A stretch of DNA of 64,000 bases from Nostoc sp. DedSLP01 (GCA_034530875.2 JAVRCJ020000021.1:84499-148498); one strand, 5' to 3'; positions 48,588-61,146 are shown, numbered from the stretch's first letter. The notes: a model not told the origin generated them from the sequence alone. Numbers and translations: made by a program.

Positions 48588-50411
48588 TTAACCCTCTCCT
48601 GTAACTGATTCTAGTTCCTGGGAAACCGGAAGGGTTTGTGTCGATGTTAGCGCAGGAAAGTACACCGTGAATTGAGTACCTCTACCCGCTTGACTGTAAA
48701 GATTGACAAAACCCCCGTGATTCTTAATAATGTCCAACGTCGTAGAAAGCCCTAAACCTGTACCTTTGTTGACATCTTTGGTGGTGAAAAACGGTTCAAA
48801 AATCCGTTGTTGGACTTCAGAAGACATACCAATACCAGTATCAGCCACCACGATCGCAATATAAGACCCCACTTTAGCATCAATATTAATCTGGGCAGAA
48901 TGTTCGCTAATTACGACATTTTCCGCTACAATCCTTAAGATACCGCCATTGGGCATGGCGTCGCGGGCGTTGACTACTAAATTCATTAGTACTTGATGCA
49001 GTTGAGTTGCATCTCCTCGGACGTGCCAGAGATTTTTAGGAATATGTATCTGGCAGATAATAGAATCAGGAAATGTTTGAGCGATGATTTGCTCGATTTC
49101 TGCCATTAGAGGCTGAAGTTCAACAATTGTCCGTTTGCTTTCGATGCCGCGTGCAAAAATCAAGATTTGCTTGAGTAAATTAGCACCACGTTTAACATTA
49201 TTTTCTAAGGTTTGTAGTACTTTCTGGCTTTGGTTATCAGGGAATTTTTTCTGTAAGAATTGAACTGAAAGTAAAGTCGGCGATAGTAGATTATTCAGGT
49301 CATGGACGATACTACTAGTTAGAGTACCGATACTTTCCAAACGTTGCGATCGCAAAAGTTGAAATTCTGATTGTTTCTGCTGGGTAATTTCGGTGTTGGC
49401 ACTCAAAATTGATTTAGGTTCCCCATTCTCATCTCGTAACAATATCCACCGACTTGCAACAATAATTTCTTTACCTTCTTTTGTCAGTTGATGCAATTCA
49501 CCCTGCCACTCACCAGTATCGATCGCACTTAAATAAGCATCTTCTAATTGTGGTGAATTTTCTTGATATAAAAGTTGCAAAATATTCTTACCTACAGCTT
49601 CCTCAACTTTCCAACCGTAGAGATTCTGGGCACCTTGATTCCAAAATAAGATTTGATTGTCGATATTACGCTCTATAATGGCATCCTTTACTATATCTAA
49701 CATCAAGCCTTGTTCGCTAATTTGGGATTTTGCTTGGTGAAGTTCTTTAATGTAATATCCCAGGAATTTGTACAGGAAAAATACCAGTAATAAATGTACA
49801 AAAACAGCAATCAAAAATGTGACTAGACCTTTTTGTAAAATTGCTTGAGAATCATTTATCTGTTGCTGTAACAATTTTTGTTCTATTTTGATATAATTGT
49901 GAATTAGCTCTTCAATCTCTTTGCCCAGTTCTTTGTCTTGTTTGGACAAAATTAGCTGTTCAATTGCTGATAATCTCTGGTTTTGCCTTAAGTAAATCTC
50001 TTGTTGTAGAGTATCTAGTCTGCGATTAATTTTTTTGTTTAATAAAGAAAACCACTGCTGGTTTTGAGAATTATTAGTAGTTAATTTACTGAGTGTCTGA
50101 AGATTGCGATCGCTCTGTTTATACGCCCTTTGATAGATTTGCAAAGCGTCTACATCAGATGTAATTAAGTAATTGCGTTGTGCAGTTTCAAGAACTTGGA
50201 GCGTAGCTTGTATACTTTGAATTTGAGTAATAATTTCCCGAGATGATGTCACATATTGCTGGTTATTAACCAGCTTAATAGTAATATTATAGGAAATGAA
50301 AGTATTACTAAATACAACTACCAACACTAAGATGAATATTACTTTGTGCTTTTGGAATTTAAACCATTTTTTTCTCATGCGATCGTCCTTATTGCTGCCT
50401 ATGCCCTCCAT
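48588..50411 (-). CDS. CHASE3-PAS histidine kinase, ending where a receiver domain would begin
   Basis: CHASE3 LETAQRNYLIT, PAS FWNQGAQNLYGW, HDLNNLL, NLVVNARDAMP and PFFTTK..KGTGLGL. Confidence 0.9.
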   Translation of the reverse strand: MEGIGSNKDDRMRKKWFKFQKHKVIFILVLVVVFSNTFISYNITIKLVNNQQYVTSSREIITQIQSIQATLQVLETAQRNYLITSDVDALQIYQRAYKQSDRNLQTLSKLTTNNSQNQQWFSLLNKKINRRLDTLQQEIYLRQNQRLSAIEQLILSKQDKELGKEIEELIHNYIKIEQKLLQQQINDSQAILQKGLVTFLIAVFVHLLLVFFLYKFLGYYIKELHQAKSQISEQGLMLDIVKDAIIERNIDNQILFWNQGAQNLYGWKVEEAVGKNILQLLYQENSPQLEDAYLSAIDTGEWQGELHQLTKEGKEIIVASRWILLRDENGEPKSILSANTEITQQKQSEFQLLRSQRLESIGTLTSSIVHDLNNLLSPTLLSVQFLQKKFPDNQSQKVLQTLENNVKRGANLLKQILIFARGIESKRTIVELQPLMAEIEQIIAQTFPDSIICQIHIPKNLWHVRGDATQLHQVLMNLVVNARDAMPNGGILRIVAENVVISEHSAQINIDAKVGSYIAIVVADTGIGMSSEVQQRIFEPFFTTKDVNKGTGLGLSTTLDIIKNHGGFVNLYSQAGRGTQFTVYFPALTSTQTLPVSQELESVTGEG

Positions 50412-51133
50412 TACTTACAAATCATTAAATACTAAATATAAATACTGAAAGTATTTGCAAAATTTTGACGGCGGAATTAAGAAAATACAATCTGTTAAAG
50501 TTGTAAATATATGGATTTTTAGGATAATCATCTATACATAATAGTTAGCAACTAACCCGCCAATTTTTAATATAGATTCATTTTTGAGGTTCCTGTCTGC
50601 CATCAGTTTTGGTAGATAATCAATGCCAAATTTAACCAGAAATATCTATAAACATAAGCATAATTGAAGAACTTTCGCATCAGGATATGAAGTGACGAAC
50701 AGAGTATTCTGTTATAGCAGGCAGCAAATAAACAAGTGCCTCCTTAACGTTCCTGCAAGGAAGCAACTGTACCAAGTCTAAGAGCAACAAGCTTGAAAGT
50801 CCCATGGTGTCGGAGTTTGACGATTAGTCTATGTCCTCAACTATGTAAACAAACCAAAAATAGCCTATCCTTAGCAGACGGCGTGATTTCTTGTTATGAC
50901 AAAGATTTAAAACTGTTGAAATGAGTTAGAGTTTAGCAATTATCCCGATACAGTTTGTAAAATTCGTCATTGGTAACTTTGACCTTGTTATTAAAGTTGA
51001 TGTCATAGCAATTGGTATAGATGCGATTAATCGCGTTTATTAAACGAGTCGGGTATATTGCTTGCTCATCTTTAGTTATGAGATTTTATCGGGAATAACT
51101 CAATTAAAAAGAGCTAAATTGTTTGGCAATAGC

Positions 51134-51163
51134 TTGACATTTTTTCCAAAATATGTTGATAAT
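51134..51163 (+). promoter_or_regulatory. Candidate sigma-70 promoter of purA
   Basis: TTGACA-N18-GATAAT, 37 bp before the start. Confidence 0.5.
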
Positions 51164-51191
51164 TAGAGTTTGTGGAAACTTTACCTCATAA

Positions 51192-52544
<1,353 letters not shown>

Positions 52545-52660
52545 ATTAGTCATTAGTCATTAGTTATTAGTCATTAGTAAATCACAAATGACAAAGGGCA
52601 AATGACAACTGACAAATGACAACTGACCAATGACAACTGACAAAGGACAATTCAATTTCT

Positions 52661-53257
52661 ATGGCTATTACAGTCGAATGTCAAAAACGGCCAGAGGGTA
52701 GCAAGCCCAAAGCTTTGCGCCGTTCTGGAGAAATCCCGGCAAATTTGTACGGTCACAAGGGCACAGAATCAATCTCTTTGACCATTAATGCCAAAACTGT
52801 TGAGCGCTTGCTCAAAAGAGCTTCTGTCAACAATACTTTAATCGATTTAAACATTACTGATATACCTTGGCGCGGCAATGCTCTAATACGCGAACTGCAA
52901 GTTCACCCAGCAAAGGGTACGCCTTACCACCTGAGCTTTTTTGCGGTTGCTGGTCATGGCGACACAAATGTAGAAGTGCGGCTGCGTTTTGTGGGAGACC
53001 CCGTTGGTGTTAAACAAGAAGGTGGCGTCTTAGACACCGTTGTTACCGAATTGCAGGTGAGCTGTGCGCCTGAGAACATCCCAGAGTTCATTGAAATCGA
53101 TGTCTCTAACCTGAAAATTGGAGACAACTTACAGATCAGTGATATATCCTTTCCTGAGGGCGTGACACCTTTAGCTGAATCAGAGCGAGTTATTGTCAGC
53201 GTATTACCACCCCAAATTAACGCTGCTGCCGAAGAAGAGAGCGAAGCTGCTTCTTAA
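52661..53257 (+). CDS. rplY: 50S ribosomal protein L25 / general stress protein Ctc
   Basis: [31 protein letters not shown] and [14 protein letters not shown]. Confidence 0.95.
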   Translation: MAITVECQKRPEGSKPKALRRSGEIPANLYGHKGTESISLTINAKTVERLLKRASVNNTLIDLNITDIPWRGNALIRELQVHPAKGTPYHLSFFAVAGHGDTNVEVRLRFVGDPVGVKQEGGVLDTVVTELQVSCAPENIPEFIEIDVSNLKIGDNLQISDISFPEGVTPLAESERVIVSVLPPQINAAAEEESEAAS

Positions 53258-53380
53258 GAGACGCGATTAACCCTTGTCTGTACAAGAGTAGAGAGTGGGG
53301 AGTTAAAAGTTATTCTCCCCCTGCTGCTCCTCCGCCCTACTCCGAACTCATTGATAAACTATGTAATAATTTTTGATGTC

Positions 53381-53407
53381 ACCAGGAGGAAACTCCTGGT
53401 TTTTTTT
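53381..53407 (+). terminator. Intrinsic terminator
   Basis: ACCAGGAG-GAAA-CTCCTGGT followed by a T run. Confidence 0.75.
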
Positions 53408-53432
53408 ATATTGGAACCGCAGAGGCTAACAG

Positions 53433-54977
53433 ATGACAGAAGTGACTCTTCCAGCTTTAATTGAGCAAATGTTGCAGCCTGGATTTTATCCCCATGAGGT
53501 AACAGAATCTATTCAACTCATTCAAACTCACATTTCTTATGTGTTGCTGACTGGGGATTACGCTTATAAATTGAAAAAGCCAGTTAATTTCGGATTTTTG
53601 GACTTTTCGACTTTAGAGAAGCGGCAGCATTTTTCTCAGGAAGAGTTACGGTTAAATCAGCGAGGAGCAGCTGAACTGTATTTAGAAGTTTTACCAATCA
53701 CTTTAATAGGTGAGCAATATCAGCTAGATGGAACAGGAGAGGCGGTAGAATATGTCCTGAAAATGCGTCAGTTTCCCCAAGAGTCACTATTAAGCACACT
53801 TTTTGAACAAGGCAAGTTAAATGAGGCAGATTTAGATGAGTTAGGACGGGTAGTGGCTGAGTATCATGCCCAAGCTCAGACAAATGATTATATTCGCAGT
53901 TTTGGTGAAGTACCAAATGTCCGAGCTGCTTTTGATGAGAATTACGAGCAAACTGAAAAATATATCGGTGGCCCCCAAACTCAGGCGCAGTTTACAGAAA
54001 CAAAGGAATATACAGATAAGTTTTTTGCCGAACGTTCGGAATTATTTACTAACAGAATTGACAACGACTATATTCGTGAATGTCACGGGGATTTACACCT
54101 GAGAAATATTGCTTTGTGGAACGATAAACTCTTGCTGTTTGATTGCATTGAGTTTAATGAGCCGTTTCGCTTTGTGGATGTAATGTATGATGTGGCTTTC
54201 ACCGTGATGGATTTGGAAGCGCGAGGGCGCAAAGACTTGGGTAATGCGTTTTTGAATGCTTACATTGAGCAAACAGGAGACTGGGAAGGTTTACAAGTCC
54301 TGCCTTTGTATTTAAGCCGTCAAGCTTATGTCCGAGCAAAAGTCACTTCATTTTTACTAGACGATCCTGGCGTACCTGCGGCGGTAAAGGAAGAAGCGAC
54401 AAAAACCGCTGCTGGCTATTACCAACAGGCTTGGGAGTACACTAAACCAAACCAGGGACAACTGATTTTGATGTCGGGGTTGTCTGGTTCTGGTAAAAGT
54501 ACAACAGCAAGACTTTTAGCCCGTAAACTAGGAGCAATTCACCTTCGTTCTGATGCAGTGCGGAAGCATTTAGGGGGAATTCCTCTGTGGGAAAGGGGTA
54601 GCGATGATTTGTATACCCCTGAAATGACCGAAAAAACTTACACGCGGTTGTTATCATTGGGGATTCTACTAGCTAATCAAGGTTTTCCTGTGATTTTAGA
54701 TGCTAAGTATGATAAACAACAGCTACGGCAAGAAGCGATCGCTCAAGCTACAAAACACCAACTTCCTCTTGAGATTATTCAATGCACGGCACCGCTAGAA
54801 GTGTTACAAGAACGCTTAAATAAACGTACTGGTGATATTGCTGATGCCACTGCCGATTTATTAGACTCACAATTCAAACAAGCTGAACCCTTCACTGACG
54901 AAGAACAAAAATACGTAAAGATTTTGGATACAACTCAACCACAAGAGACACAATTAAAAGCAGTAATTCCCCAATAG
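53433..54977 (+). CDS. Bifunctional aminoglycoside-phosphotransferase-like / AAA_33 P-loop kinase
   Basis: QTHISYV, AYKLKK, ECHGDLHLRNI, FDCIEFN and GLSGSGKST. Confidence 0.9.
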   Translation: MTEVTLPALIEQMLQPGFYPHEVTESIQLIQTHISYVLLTGDYAYKLKKPVNFGFLDFSTLEKRQHFSQEELRLNQRGAAELYLEVLPITLIGEQYQLDGTGEAVEYVLKMRQFPQESLLSTLFEQGKLNEADLDELGRVVAEYHAQAQTNDYIRSFGEVPNVRAAFDENYEQTEKYIGGPQTQAQFTETKEYTDKFFAERSELFTNRIDNDYIRECHGDLHLRNIALWNDKLLLFDCIEFNEPFRFVDVMYDVAFTVMDLEARGRKDLGNAFLNAYIEQTGDWEGLQVLPLYLSRQAYVRAKVTSFLLDDPGVPAAVKEEATKTAAGYYQQAWEYTKPNQGQLILMSGLSGSGKSTTARLLARKLGAIHLRSDAVRKHLGGIPLWERGSDDLYTPEMTEKTYTRLLSLGILLANQGFPVILDAKYDKQQLRQEAIAQATKHQLPLEIIQCTAPLEVLQERLNKRTGDIADATADLLDSQFKQAEPFTDEEQKYVKILDTTQPQETQLKAVIPQ

Positions 54978-54990
54978 CTTTTTTTACTTT

Positions 54991-55494
54991 ATGGCAGACA
55001 AAAAGAACGACTTTTTCGCTTTTTCTCCCACCTTCTTTTCTCAACTATTATTTGGGGCTTTTTTAACATTTATATTAGTCATGACCGGCTCGGCAGTACC
55101 CCTGAGTATCTTCTTAGGAATTTTAGGGGGTTTCATCTTAAGCTGGATTACAAGTGCAACCGATAATAGCCCCCAAGCGCCAAGTGTATCCTCTTCTGAT
55201 GGCGTTGAGACAGGACTAAAATACTGGTTAGTTTTCATGCTTGGCTTTGTAGCTTTGGGTTATCCTGCACCTATGAGTATCTTGCTAGGTGGAATGGCTG
55301 CTTTAGGTGGAGGTTGGATTAGTGCTTGGTGGGGAAGTAAAGAAGAAACTAAAACTCAATTGCAAGTTGAAGACTCACAAGAAGCTGAAATCGAACAACC
55401 CAACGAGAGAATCAATAAACGCCAAAGAAGAAGACCCACCCGCCGTTCCCGTCGTAGTAGTGGAAGTGTTAATTTCAGGTTTTGGCAAAGGTAG
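54991..55494 (+). CDS. Hypothetical membrane protein
   Basis: Two duplicated TM hairpins and an Arg-rich C-terminus. Confidence 0.75.
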   Translation: MADKKNDFFAFSPTFFSQLLFGAFLTFILVMTGSAVPLSIFLGILGGFILSWITSATDNSPQAPSVSSSDGVETGLKYWLVFMLGFVALGYPAPMSILLGGMAALGGGWISAWWGSKEETKTQLQVEDSQEAEIEQPNERINKRQRRRPTRRSRRSSGSVNFRFWQR

Positions 55495-55719
55495 ATGTTG
55501 GGGACTGGGGACTGGTGACTGGGGATTAGGGAAGAGTTTTACCAGTACCCGATACTTAATAGCCAGTCTCTTACAAATGTAGGAATTTTGTATTCGATCG
55601 TTTTTTGCTGTTTCAACCAATGCTTAAACTCTGAAATAACCAAACCACCTTAAACAATTGAGAAAATTCTCAATTGTTTTTGATATTTTAAAAAACCTAC
55701 CCAGTCCCCAGTCCCCAAT

Positions 55720-56511
55720 ATGTTTTTATATCTCTCAAAATTATTGCCACTATTTTTTTATCCACTAGGGCTGGCTTGTGTGAGTTTGGTAGTAGCATTA
55801 GTCACCTTGTGGAAAAGACCCCGGATTGCAGCGATCGCCATTACTCTAGCACTAACCTTACTTTTGTTTTGCAGCAATGCTTGGATTGCTAAATCCCTAG
55901 TGCGATCGCTAGAATGGCAAAACCTCCCAGCTGGGGAAATACCTAATGCAGAAGCGATTGTGGTTTTGGGTGGCGCAACGAAATCAGCTTTTCCTCCAAG
56001 ACCTACCGTCGATTTGAGTGAATCAGGCGATCGCGTCATCTATGCCGCCCAACTGTATCGCCAAAAAAAAGCGCCGATAATCATCCTCAGCGGTGGTCGT
56101 ATCGATTGGCGTGGTAGCGGTTCGCCAGAATCGGCAGATATGGCAACAATACTCACATCTATTGGTATTCCATCCGAAGCCATTGTCCAAGAACCTGATT
56201 CCCTCAACACTTATCAAAATGCGATAAATGTCCGTAAAATTTTGGAAAACCGGGGCATTAAAAAAGTATTATTGATAACTTCGGCAATGCATATACCGCG
56301 ATCGCTCAAGATTTTTCAACGTCAAGGAATTAATGTTATTCCTGCACCGACTGATTTTCTCGTTAGTCAGGGCGAACTGGCAGAACTTGGCAGCACTCCC
56401 AAAGCCGCTATACTAAATTTATTACCCGATACCGATAATCTCCACCAATTTACCACCGCTTTAAAAGAGTATATTGGTTCTTTTATCTATCGCCTGCGCG
56501 GTTGGCTGTAG
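55720..56511 (+). CDS. YdcF / DUF218 family protein
   Basis: IVVLGG, ILSGG, SLNTYQNA, ITSAMHIPR and KEYIG. Confidence 0.9.
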   Translation: MFLYLSKLLPLFFYPLGLACVSLVVALVTLWKRPRIAAIAITLALTLLLFCSNAWIAKSLVRSLEWQNLPAGEIPNAEAIVVLGGATKSAFPPRPTVDLSESGDRVIYAAQLYRQKKAPIIILSGGRIDWRGSGSPESADMATILTSIGIPSEAIVQEPDSLNTYQNAINVRKILENRGIKKVLLITSAMHIPRSLKIFQRQGINVIPAPTDFLVSQGELAELGSTPKAAILNLLPDTDNLHQFTTALKEYIGSFIYRLRGWL

Positions 56512-56616
56512 TTAATTTATTAGTTATGAGGTTTAGTAATTGCCGCAATTCCAAACTCTAAATTCTTCACTTGCAACTCCTCATTCCTAACTCTTCATTC
56601 CTATATTTTTAAAATT

Positions 56617-56838
56617 ATGTCTAAAAATTTACCTTATATTATTCCATCGCCTCCACCCCAAATTGACGAGGGTTTTGCCGTTTACCAAACAACGCATCAG
56701 TTTTATCATGAAGTTCAGACGCGGGCAGAGTTTCGGCGTTATTGTGAATGGTACTATACTACAGCAGAACGTAACCGCCAAGACTTACAAAAAATGCGCG
56801 GCGAACTGAATATTTTCCAGTGGTTTCGCCGCCGATGA
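56617..56838 (+). CDS. Hypothetical protein
   Basis: Natural-looking 73-aa ORF (FY.EVQ.R.EF.RYC.WY); no function recognised. Confidence 0.65.
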   Translation: MSKNLPYIIPSPPPQIDEGFAVYQTTHQFYHEVQTRAEFRRYCEWYYTTAERNRQDLQKMRGELNIFQWFRRR

Positions 56839-56843
56839 ATGAA

Positions 56844-57065
56844 TTAAATGATTTCTAATTCATTCTCACGTAAATGAGCTTTAAATTTTTTAGTAAACTG
56901 GACTAAAATCGGCAGATTAGCGCTTACAGGTCTACCTTGCCATTGAGTGACAATACCTATGACTTCACCTTCTGTGCCTTTGAGGTCAAAAGCCTGATTT
57001 CGATGTTCTGGATGATGATAGACTACCACCGAATCTTTAACCCGCACGCGATCGCCAACTTTCAT
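56844..57065 (-). CDS. ftrV: Ferredoxin-thioredoxin reductase variable chain
   Basis: MKVGDRVRV..SVVVYHHPEHR, WQGRPVSANLP and FKAHL. Confidence 0.95.
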   Translation of the reverse strand: MKVGDRVRVKDSVVVYHHPEHRNQAFDLKGTEGEVIGIVTQWQGRPVSANLPILVQFTKKFKAHLRENELEII

Positions 57066-57704
57066 AACAACATTTACACCTAGCATTTGCTTTTCCACAA
57101 GTATCTGCTACAAAATATATGATTAAACCGCCCCAAGGTTGATTTAACCAGCTATTTCTTGACGCTTCACAGGGGTGCGATGGCGCATTGAACCCTCCGC
57201 GTCCAGGCACGTTTTAGCCATCCGTGCATACTTCTCTAATTGTTTTTTGCCGCGTTAATATCTATCGCCTTCACTCTTTGCTTTTACCCCAAAATTGGGG
57301 AAACGAAATAAAATCAAGCGATATTTCAGATGCCCTTAGCTAATTTGGCAAGAGATATAACCTTTTTATCTTCAGGGTAACTGAAACTCTAAGTCAAGAA
57401 ATTTTACACAACTCAGCAAATAGTAAGGTTTACAACCCAACTCATCAGCTTGCTTTGGATGGGCTTGCTACCTAACAACTTTGGGTTGTGTTCGCTGACA
57501 TTAGCTTTGAGCGATTCAGAGTAGTTAATCAATTCCTTGGTGAGTCCATTTTCTGGTAAGGTTCTGGCTTCCACACTGATTAAAACACACTTCCACAGGC
57601 TCATTCAGCTTAGGAATGACCGCTAGCCTTTTCTACAAGCTCATCTCTCAACTTTTCTCAAATTTTAGCGATTGGCGTTGCATCCCTATCCACTCATACC
57701 ATTT

Positions 57705-58349
57705 TCAAGTCCCAGGTTTAGCAAAAATCGTTAGCAACACAGGGCCTAATAAATAATGGTGATTCCAACACAATAGCCCAGCAGAGGAACCTAAAAGCTG
57801 ACGTTGATTGGGGCTGTAGAGTCTAATTCCCAAGGGAGAGACTGGCAGTAGTTGAAGTTCTGCCTCTTTTTTGTAAGTAAAATCAACCAAGTAAAAACGT
57901 CCACCGGGAGAAAGTACCCGTGAGATTTCACTAATCACCTGTCTAGGTTCCAAGTAATGCAAAAAGCTGATAGTGCTAAAAACAGCGTCAAATTGACCAT
58001 CAGCAAAAGGAAGAGACTCAGCTTTGCCTTCAACATAAATCAAGCGTGGATGGTGGCGATTGCTCAGTCTCGCCATCCGCAACATATTTGCAGATAAATC
58101 TAATCCAGTGCCTCGCAGATCGGGAAATTTAGTAGCCAGGCGCTCAAGTAAGCGTCCAGTACCACAGCCGATATCGAGTATATTTGCTCGCTCTGGTAAA
58201 TTGACGTACTCTAGCAATCGTTTGTGGATGGCTCGATAAAACACCGAAGGAAGCAACCAATCATAGGTTGGTGCCCAGCGATCGAAAAGGAACTTTTTGT
58301 TACGCAAAAAGTCATAGTTATTAGTTTTCACAGTATCTCTGAAACTCAA
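57705..58349 (-). CDS. Class I SAM-dependent methyltransferase
   Basis: FDRWAPTYD, LDIGCGTG, LPFADGQFD and LSPGG; start uncertain. Confidence 0.9.
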   Translation of the reverse strand: MSFRDTVKTNNYDFLRNKKFLFDRWAPTYDWLLPSVFYRAIHKRLLEYVNLPERANILDIGCGTGRLLERLATKFPDLRGTGLDLSANMLRMARLSNRHHPRLIYVEGKAESLPFADGQFDAVFSTISFLHYLEPRQVISEISRVLSPGGRFYLVDFTYKKEAELQLLPVSPLGIRLYSPNQRQLLGSSAGLLCWNHHYLLGPVLLTIFAKPGT

Positions 58350-58640
58350 TGCTTTTTTAGCGTCGGTAGCTCGCCTCGAACAAGTTGGTTAACTATAGTT
58401 TCGCAGTCCGCCAATATCTAGCCTAACCTTTAGCAAAACACTTCTGCTTACCTTGGCAAATTATCCGGAATTTTGGCAATTGAATATGTAGTTAACAGTG
58501 TTCCAACAGACGAATGTTATCTCTGGAGAAAACCAAAAAACTAGCGATCGCTGCATAAAACTATCACGTCTGACCGTATCTATATATAGAGGTTCCAATA
58601 CTAAAAACCCATCTATTTTAAAATTATTAGGAGATTTATT

Positions 58641-58928
58641 ATGTTCAGCTTTATTCAAATTAACTTACACAACGATTTACTACACCCAGTCCGCGAGTGG
58701 TTGGAAACTATAGAAGTTCATAACTCTAAATTGGCTCATTTCCTCTGCAAAGCTATTCCTGCTCAATGCCCATTTGAACGAGATATTACTTTATTTGGTC
58801 GCAAGCTACTTCATATTCCACCGATGTGTAAATTAAATCCTCTGTACGAACAAGTGGTGGGATTGCGTTTTAGAGCGCTCTGTTATCTTGCTGATGAATG
58901 CGGTGAAGACATCACAGTATATTGTTAA
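58641..58928 (+). CDS. Mo-dependent nitrogenase C-terminal domain protein
   Basis: LCKAIPAQCPFER, HIPPMCKLNPLYEQ and LRFRALCYLADECGED. Confidence 0.88.
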   Translation: MFSFIQINLHNDLLHPVREWLETIEVHNSKLAHFLCKAIPAQCPFERDITLFGRKLLHIPPMCKLNPLYEQVVGLRFRALCYLADECGEDITVYC

Positions 58929-59120
58929 TACTCAGTTGGATTGTTCTTCGATTGAGCAGCCATTGGTAATTGTAAACTTACGGTTGATACTTGATTAGAT
59001 TTATACTAAGCTAGCGTACATCTAATTAGATGTCTGGCTATTTAGTTTCTCAAATCTCGCTCAAGTGTTTCCAGACTGGATTGTTGCTTACCATACCCTG
59101 CTGAAATCATAAACATCATC

Positions 59121-59795
59121 ATGACGCACATCTTACTGATTGAAGATGAAGTCAAACTGGCACGCTTTATCGAATCGGAGTTGAATTACGAAGGTTATCA
59201 AGTTAGCATAGCCTACGATGGATTAACCGCATTTACCGCAGCACAAGAGTTACATCTGGATCTAGTGATTTTAGACTTGATGCTAACTGGTTTGTCAGGG
59301 TTGGAAATTTGCCGCCGTCTGCGAAGTATTGGCAATCAAGTGCCAATAATTTTATTAACCATCAAAGATGAACTAAGCGATCGCATTATAGGCTTAGACA
59401 TTGGTGCTGATGATTATGTACTGAAACCCTTCAGCATTGATGAATTATTAACCAGAGTCCGCATTCATCTGCAAAGAAGAGATCGAGCAGACACCGCAGA
59501 TATTTTAGAATTTGAAGACCTGAATTTAAATCGTCGCACGCGCCAAGTGTACCGATGTCAGCGGTTAATTGAATTAACAGCTAAAGAATTTGATTTACTA
59601 GAATATTTTCTTACCCATCCTCGACAAATAATTACATGCGATCGTATTTTAGAGGAAGTCTGGGGTTACGACTTCATAGCTGATGCCAACGTCATCGACC
59701 CTTACATCCGCTACCTGCGGCTAAAACTTGAAGCTAATAACGAAAAATGCCTGATTCAAAGCGTCAACGGTGTCGGCTACACATTATGTAGTTAG
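59121..59795 (+). CDS. OmpR-family response regulator
   Basis: ILLIEDE, VILD, GADDYVLKPF and winged helix LTAKEFDLL...YIRYLRLKL. Confidence 0.93.
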   Translation: MTHILLIEDEVKLARFIESELNYEGYQVSIAYDGLTAFTAAQELHLDLVILDLMLTGLSGLEICRRLRSIGNQVPIILLTIKDELSDRIIGLDIGADDYVLKPFSIDELLTRVRIHLQRRDRADTADILEFEDLNLNRRTRQVYRCQRLIELTAKEFDLLEYFLTHPRQIITCDRILEEVWGYDFIADANVIDPYIRYLRLKLEANNEKCLIQSVNGVGYTLCS

Positions 59796-60047
59796 TGGGT
59801 ATGGGGCATTGGACAAACAGGGAGGTGTGAGAGGATGGCGAAGAAATGTTTCCCCCCACACTCCCCCATCTCTCCTTGTCCCCGCCTCCCTGCGTCTTCC
59901 ATTATCTTCGCCACTCTTCAATAACACTGAAATCCCAAATTTTTCTATCTTAGGAGAATTTGGGTTTTTTGGCAATTTCGTCAGCAACTCATGCAACTCA
60001 AGGTTAATTATATTAGGATGCACAAAGCTGTCATCATCTAAAACTCA

Positions 60048-61016
60048 ATGACCTATTTAGAAACAGCGGCGCAATTTTACCGCGAAGTTGCCGAAACCCC
60101 AGAAGTTGGACTTTGTTGCGTGCAAAGCGCACCCTTGCAGCTACCAGGGTTAAAAATTCCTTTGCCAATGCAAGAAATGAACTATGGTTGTGGTACCACT
60201 GTTCACCCAACTGAACTAGCAAAACAACCTACTGTGCTGTATGTAGGTGTTGGCGGTGGTTTAGAAGCCTTACAATTCGCTTATTTTTCTCGCTATGCAG
60301 GTGCTGTAATTGCCGTTGAACCAGTTGCGGCTATGCGAGAAGCCGCCGCACGCAACCTAGAAATTGCTGCTCAAGAAAATCCCTGGTTTAACACCAGTTT
60401 TGTAGAAATCAGGGAAGGCGATGCTTTTAACCTACCCGTTGCTGATGCTAGTGTTGATATCGTTGCACAGAATTGCCTCTTCAACATTTTTGAACCAGAA
60501 GATCTAACTCGTGCTTTAAAAGAAGCATATCGGGTATTAAAACCAGGCGGACGCTTGCAGATGAGCGATCCCATTGCAACTCGTTCAATTCCAGTACATC
60601 TCCAACAAGATGAGCGACTCAGAGCTATGTGTTTGTCAGGAGCACTCACATATCAAGAGTATACTGAACGGATTATAAATGCTGGCTTTGGTCAAGTTGA
60701 AATTCGTACCCGTCGTCCTTACCGTCTACTAGATTCCCAGACTTATAATTTGGCAGAAAATCTACTTTTAGAAAGCCTGGATTCTGTTTGTTTTAAGGTT
60801 GCTATTCCAGAAGATGGTGCTTGTATTTTTACAGGAAAAACAGCAATTTATGCTGGTTCAGAACCTTTCTTCGATGATTCAGCAGGCCATATACTTCAGC
60901 GAGGTATTCCCGCAGCTGTGTGTGATAAAACCGCTGCTAAACTTGCAGCAATCAACCCAGTAGAAATAATTATTACCGATTCAACCTGGCATTATAGCGG
61001 TGGCGGCTGCTGTTAG
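60048..61016 (+). CDS. arsM: Arsenite methyltransferase, arsenosugar-pathway type
   Basis: GLCC, NYGCG, YVGVGGG, QNCLFN, MCLSGA, VCDKT and a terminal GGGCC. Confidence 0.85.
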   Translation: MTYLETAAQFYREVAETPEVGLCCVQSAPLQLPGLKIPLPMQEMNYGCGTTVHPTELAKQPTVLYVGVGGGLEALQFAYFSRYAGAVIAVEPVAAMREAAARNLEIAAQENPWFNTSFVEIREGDAFNLPVADASVDIVAQNCLFNIFEPEDLTRALKEAYRVLKPGGRLQMSDPIATRSIPVHLQQDERLRAMCLSGALTYQEYTERIINAGFGQVEIRTRRPYRLLDSQTYNLAENLLLESLDSVCFKVAIPEDGACIFTGKTAIYAGSEPFFDDSAGHILQRGIPAAVCDKTAAKLAAINPVEIIITDSTWHYSGGGCC

Positions 61017-61146
61017 TTTATTAAAAAATAGTCCAGATGTCAGAACCAGAATTCAGAATAATTCTGTGTGACTGCAAATGAATAGAAAATTTACATAGTC
61101 AACTAACTGGATTCTGGATTTTGACTGTTTATTTATAAATTCCCAA

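Noticed and set aside
57413..57604. 63-aa minus-strand ORF
   Set aside because: No recognisable motif; cannot be supported or excluded from sequence alone.
58641..58928. Nitrogenase gene
   Set aside because: The domain name is historical; this small protein is not NifD/K and no nif cluster is present.
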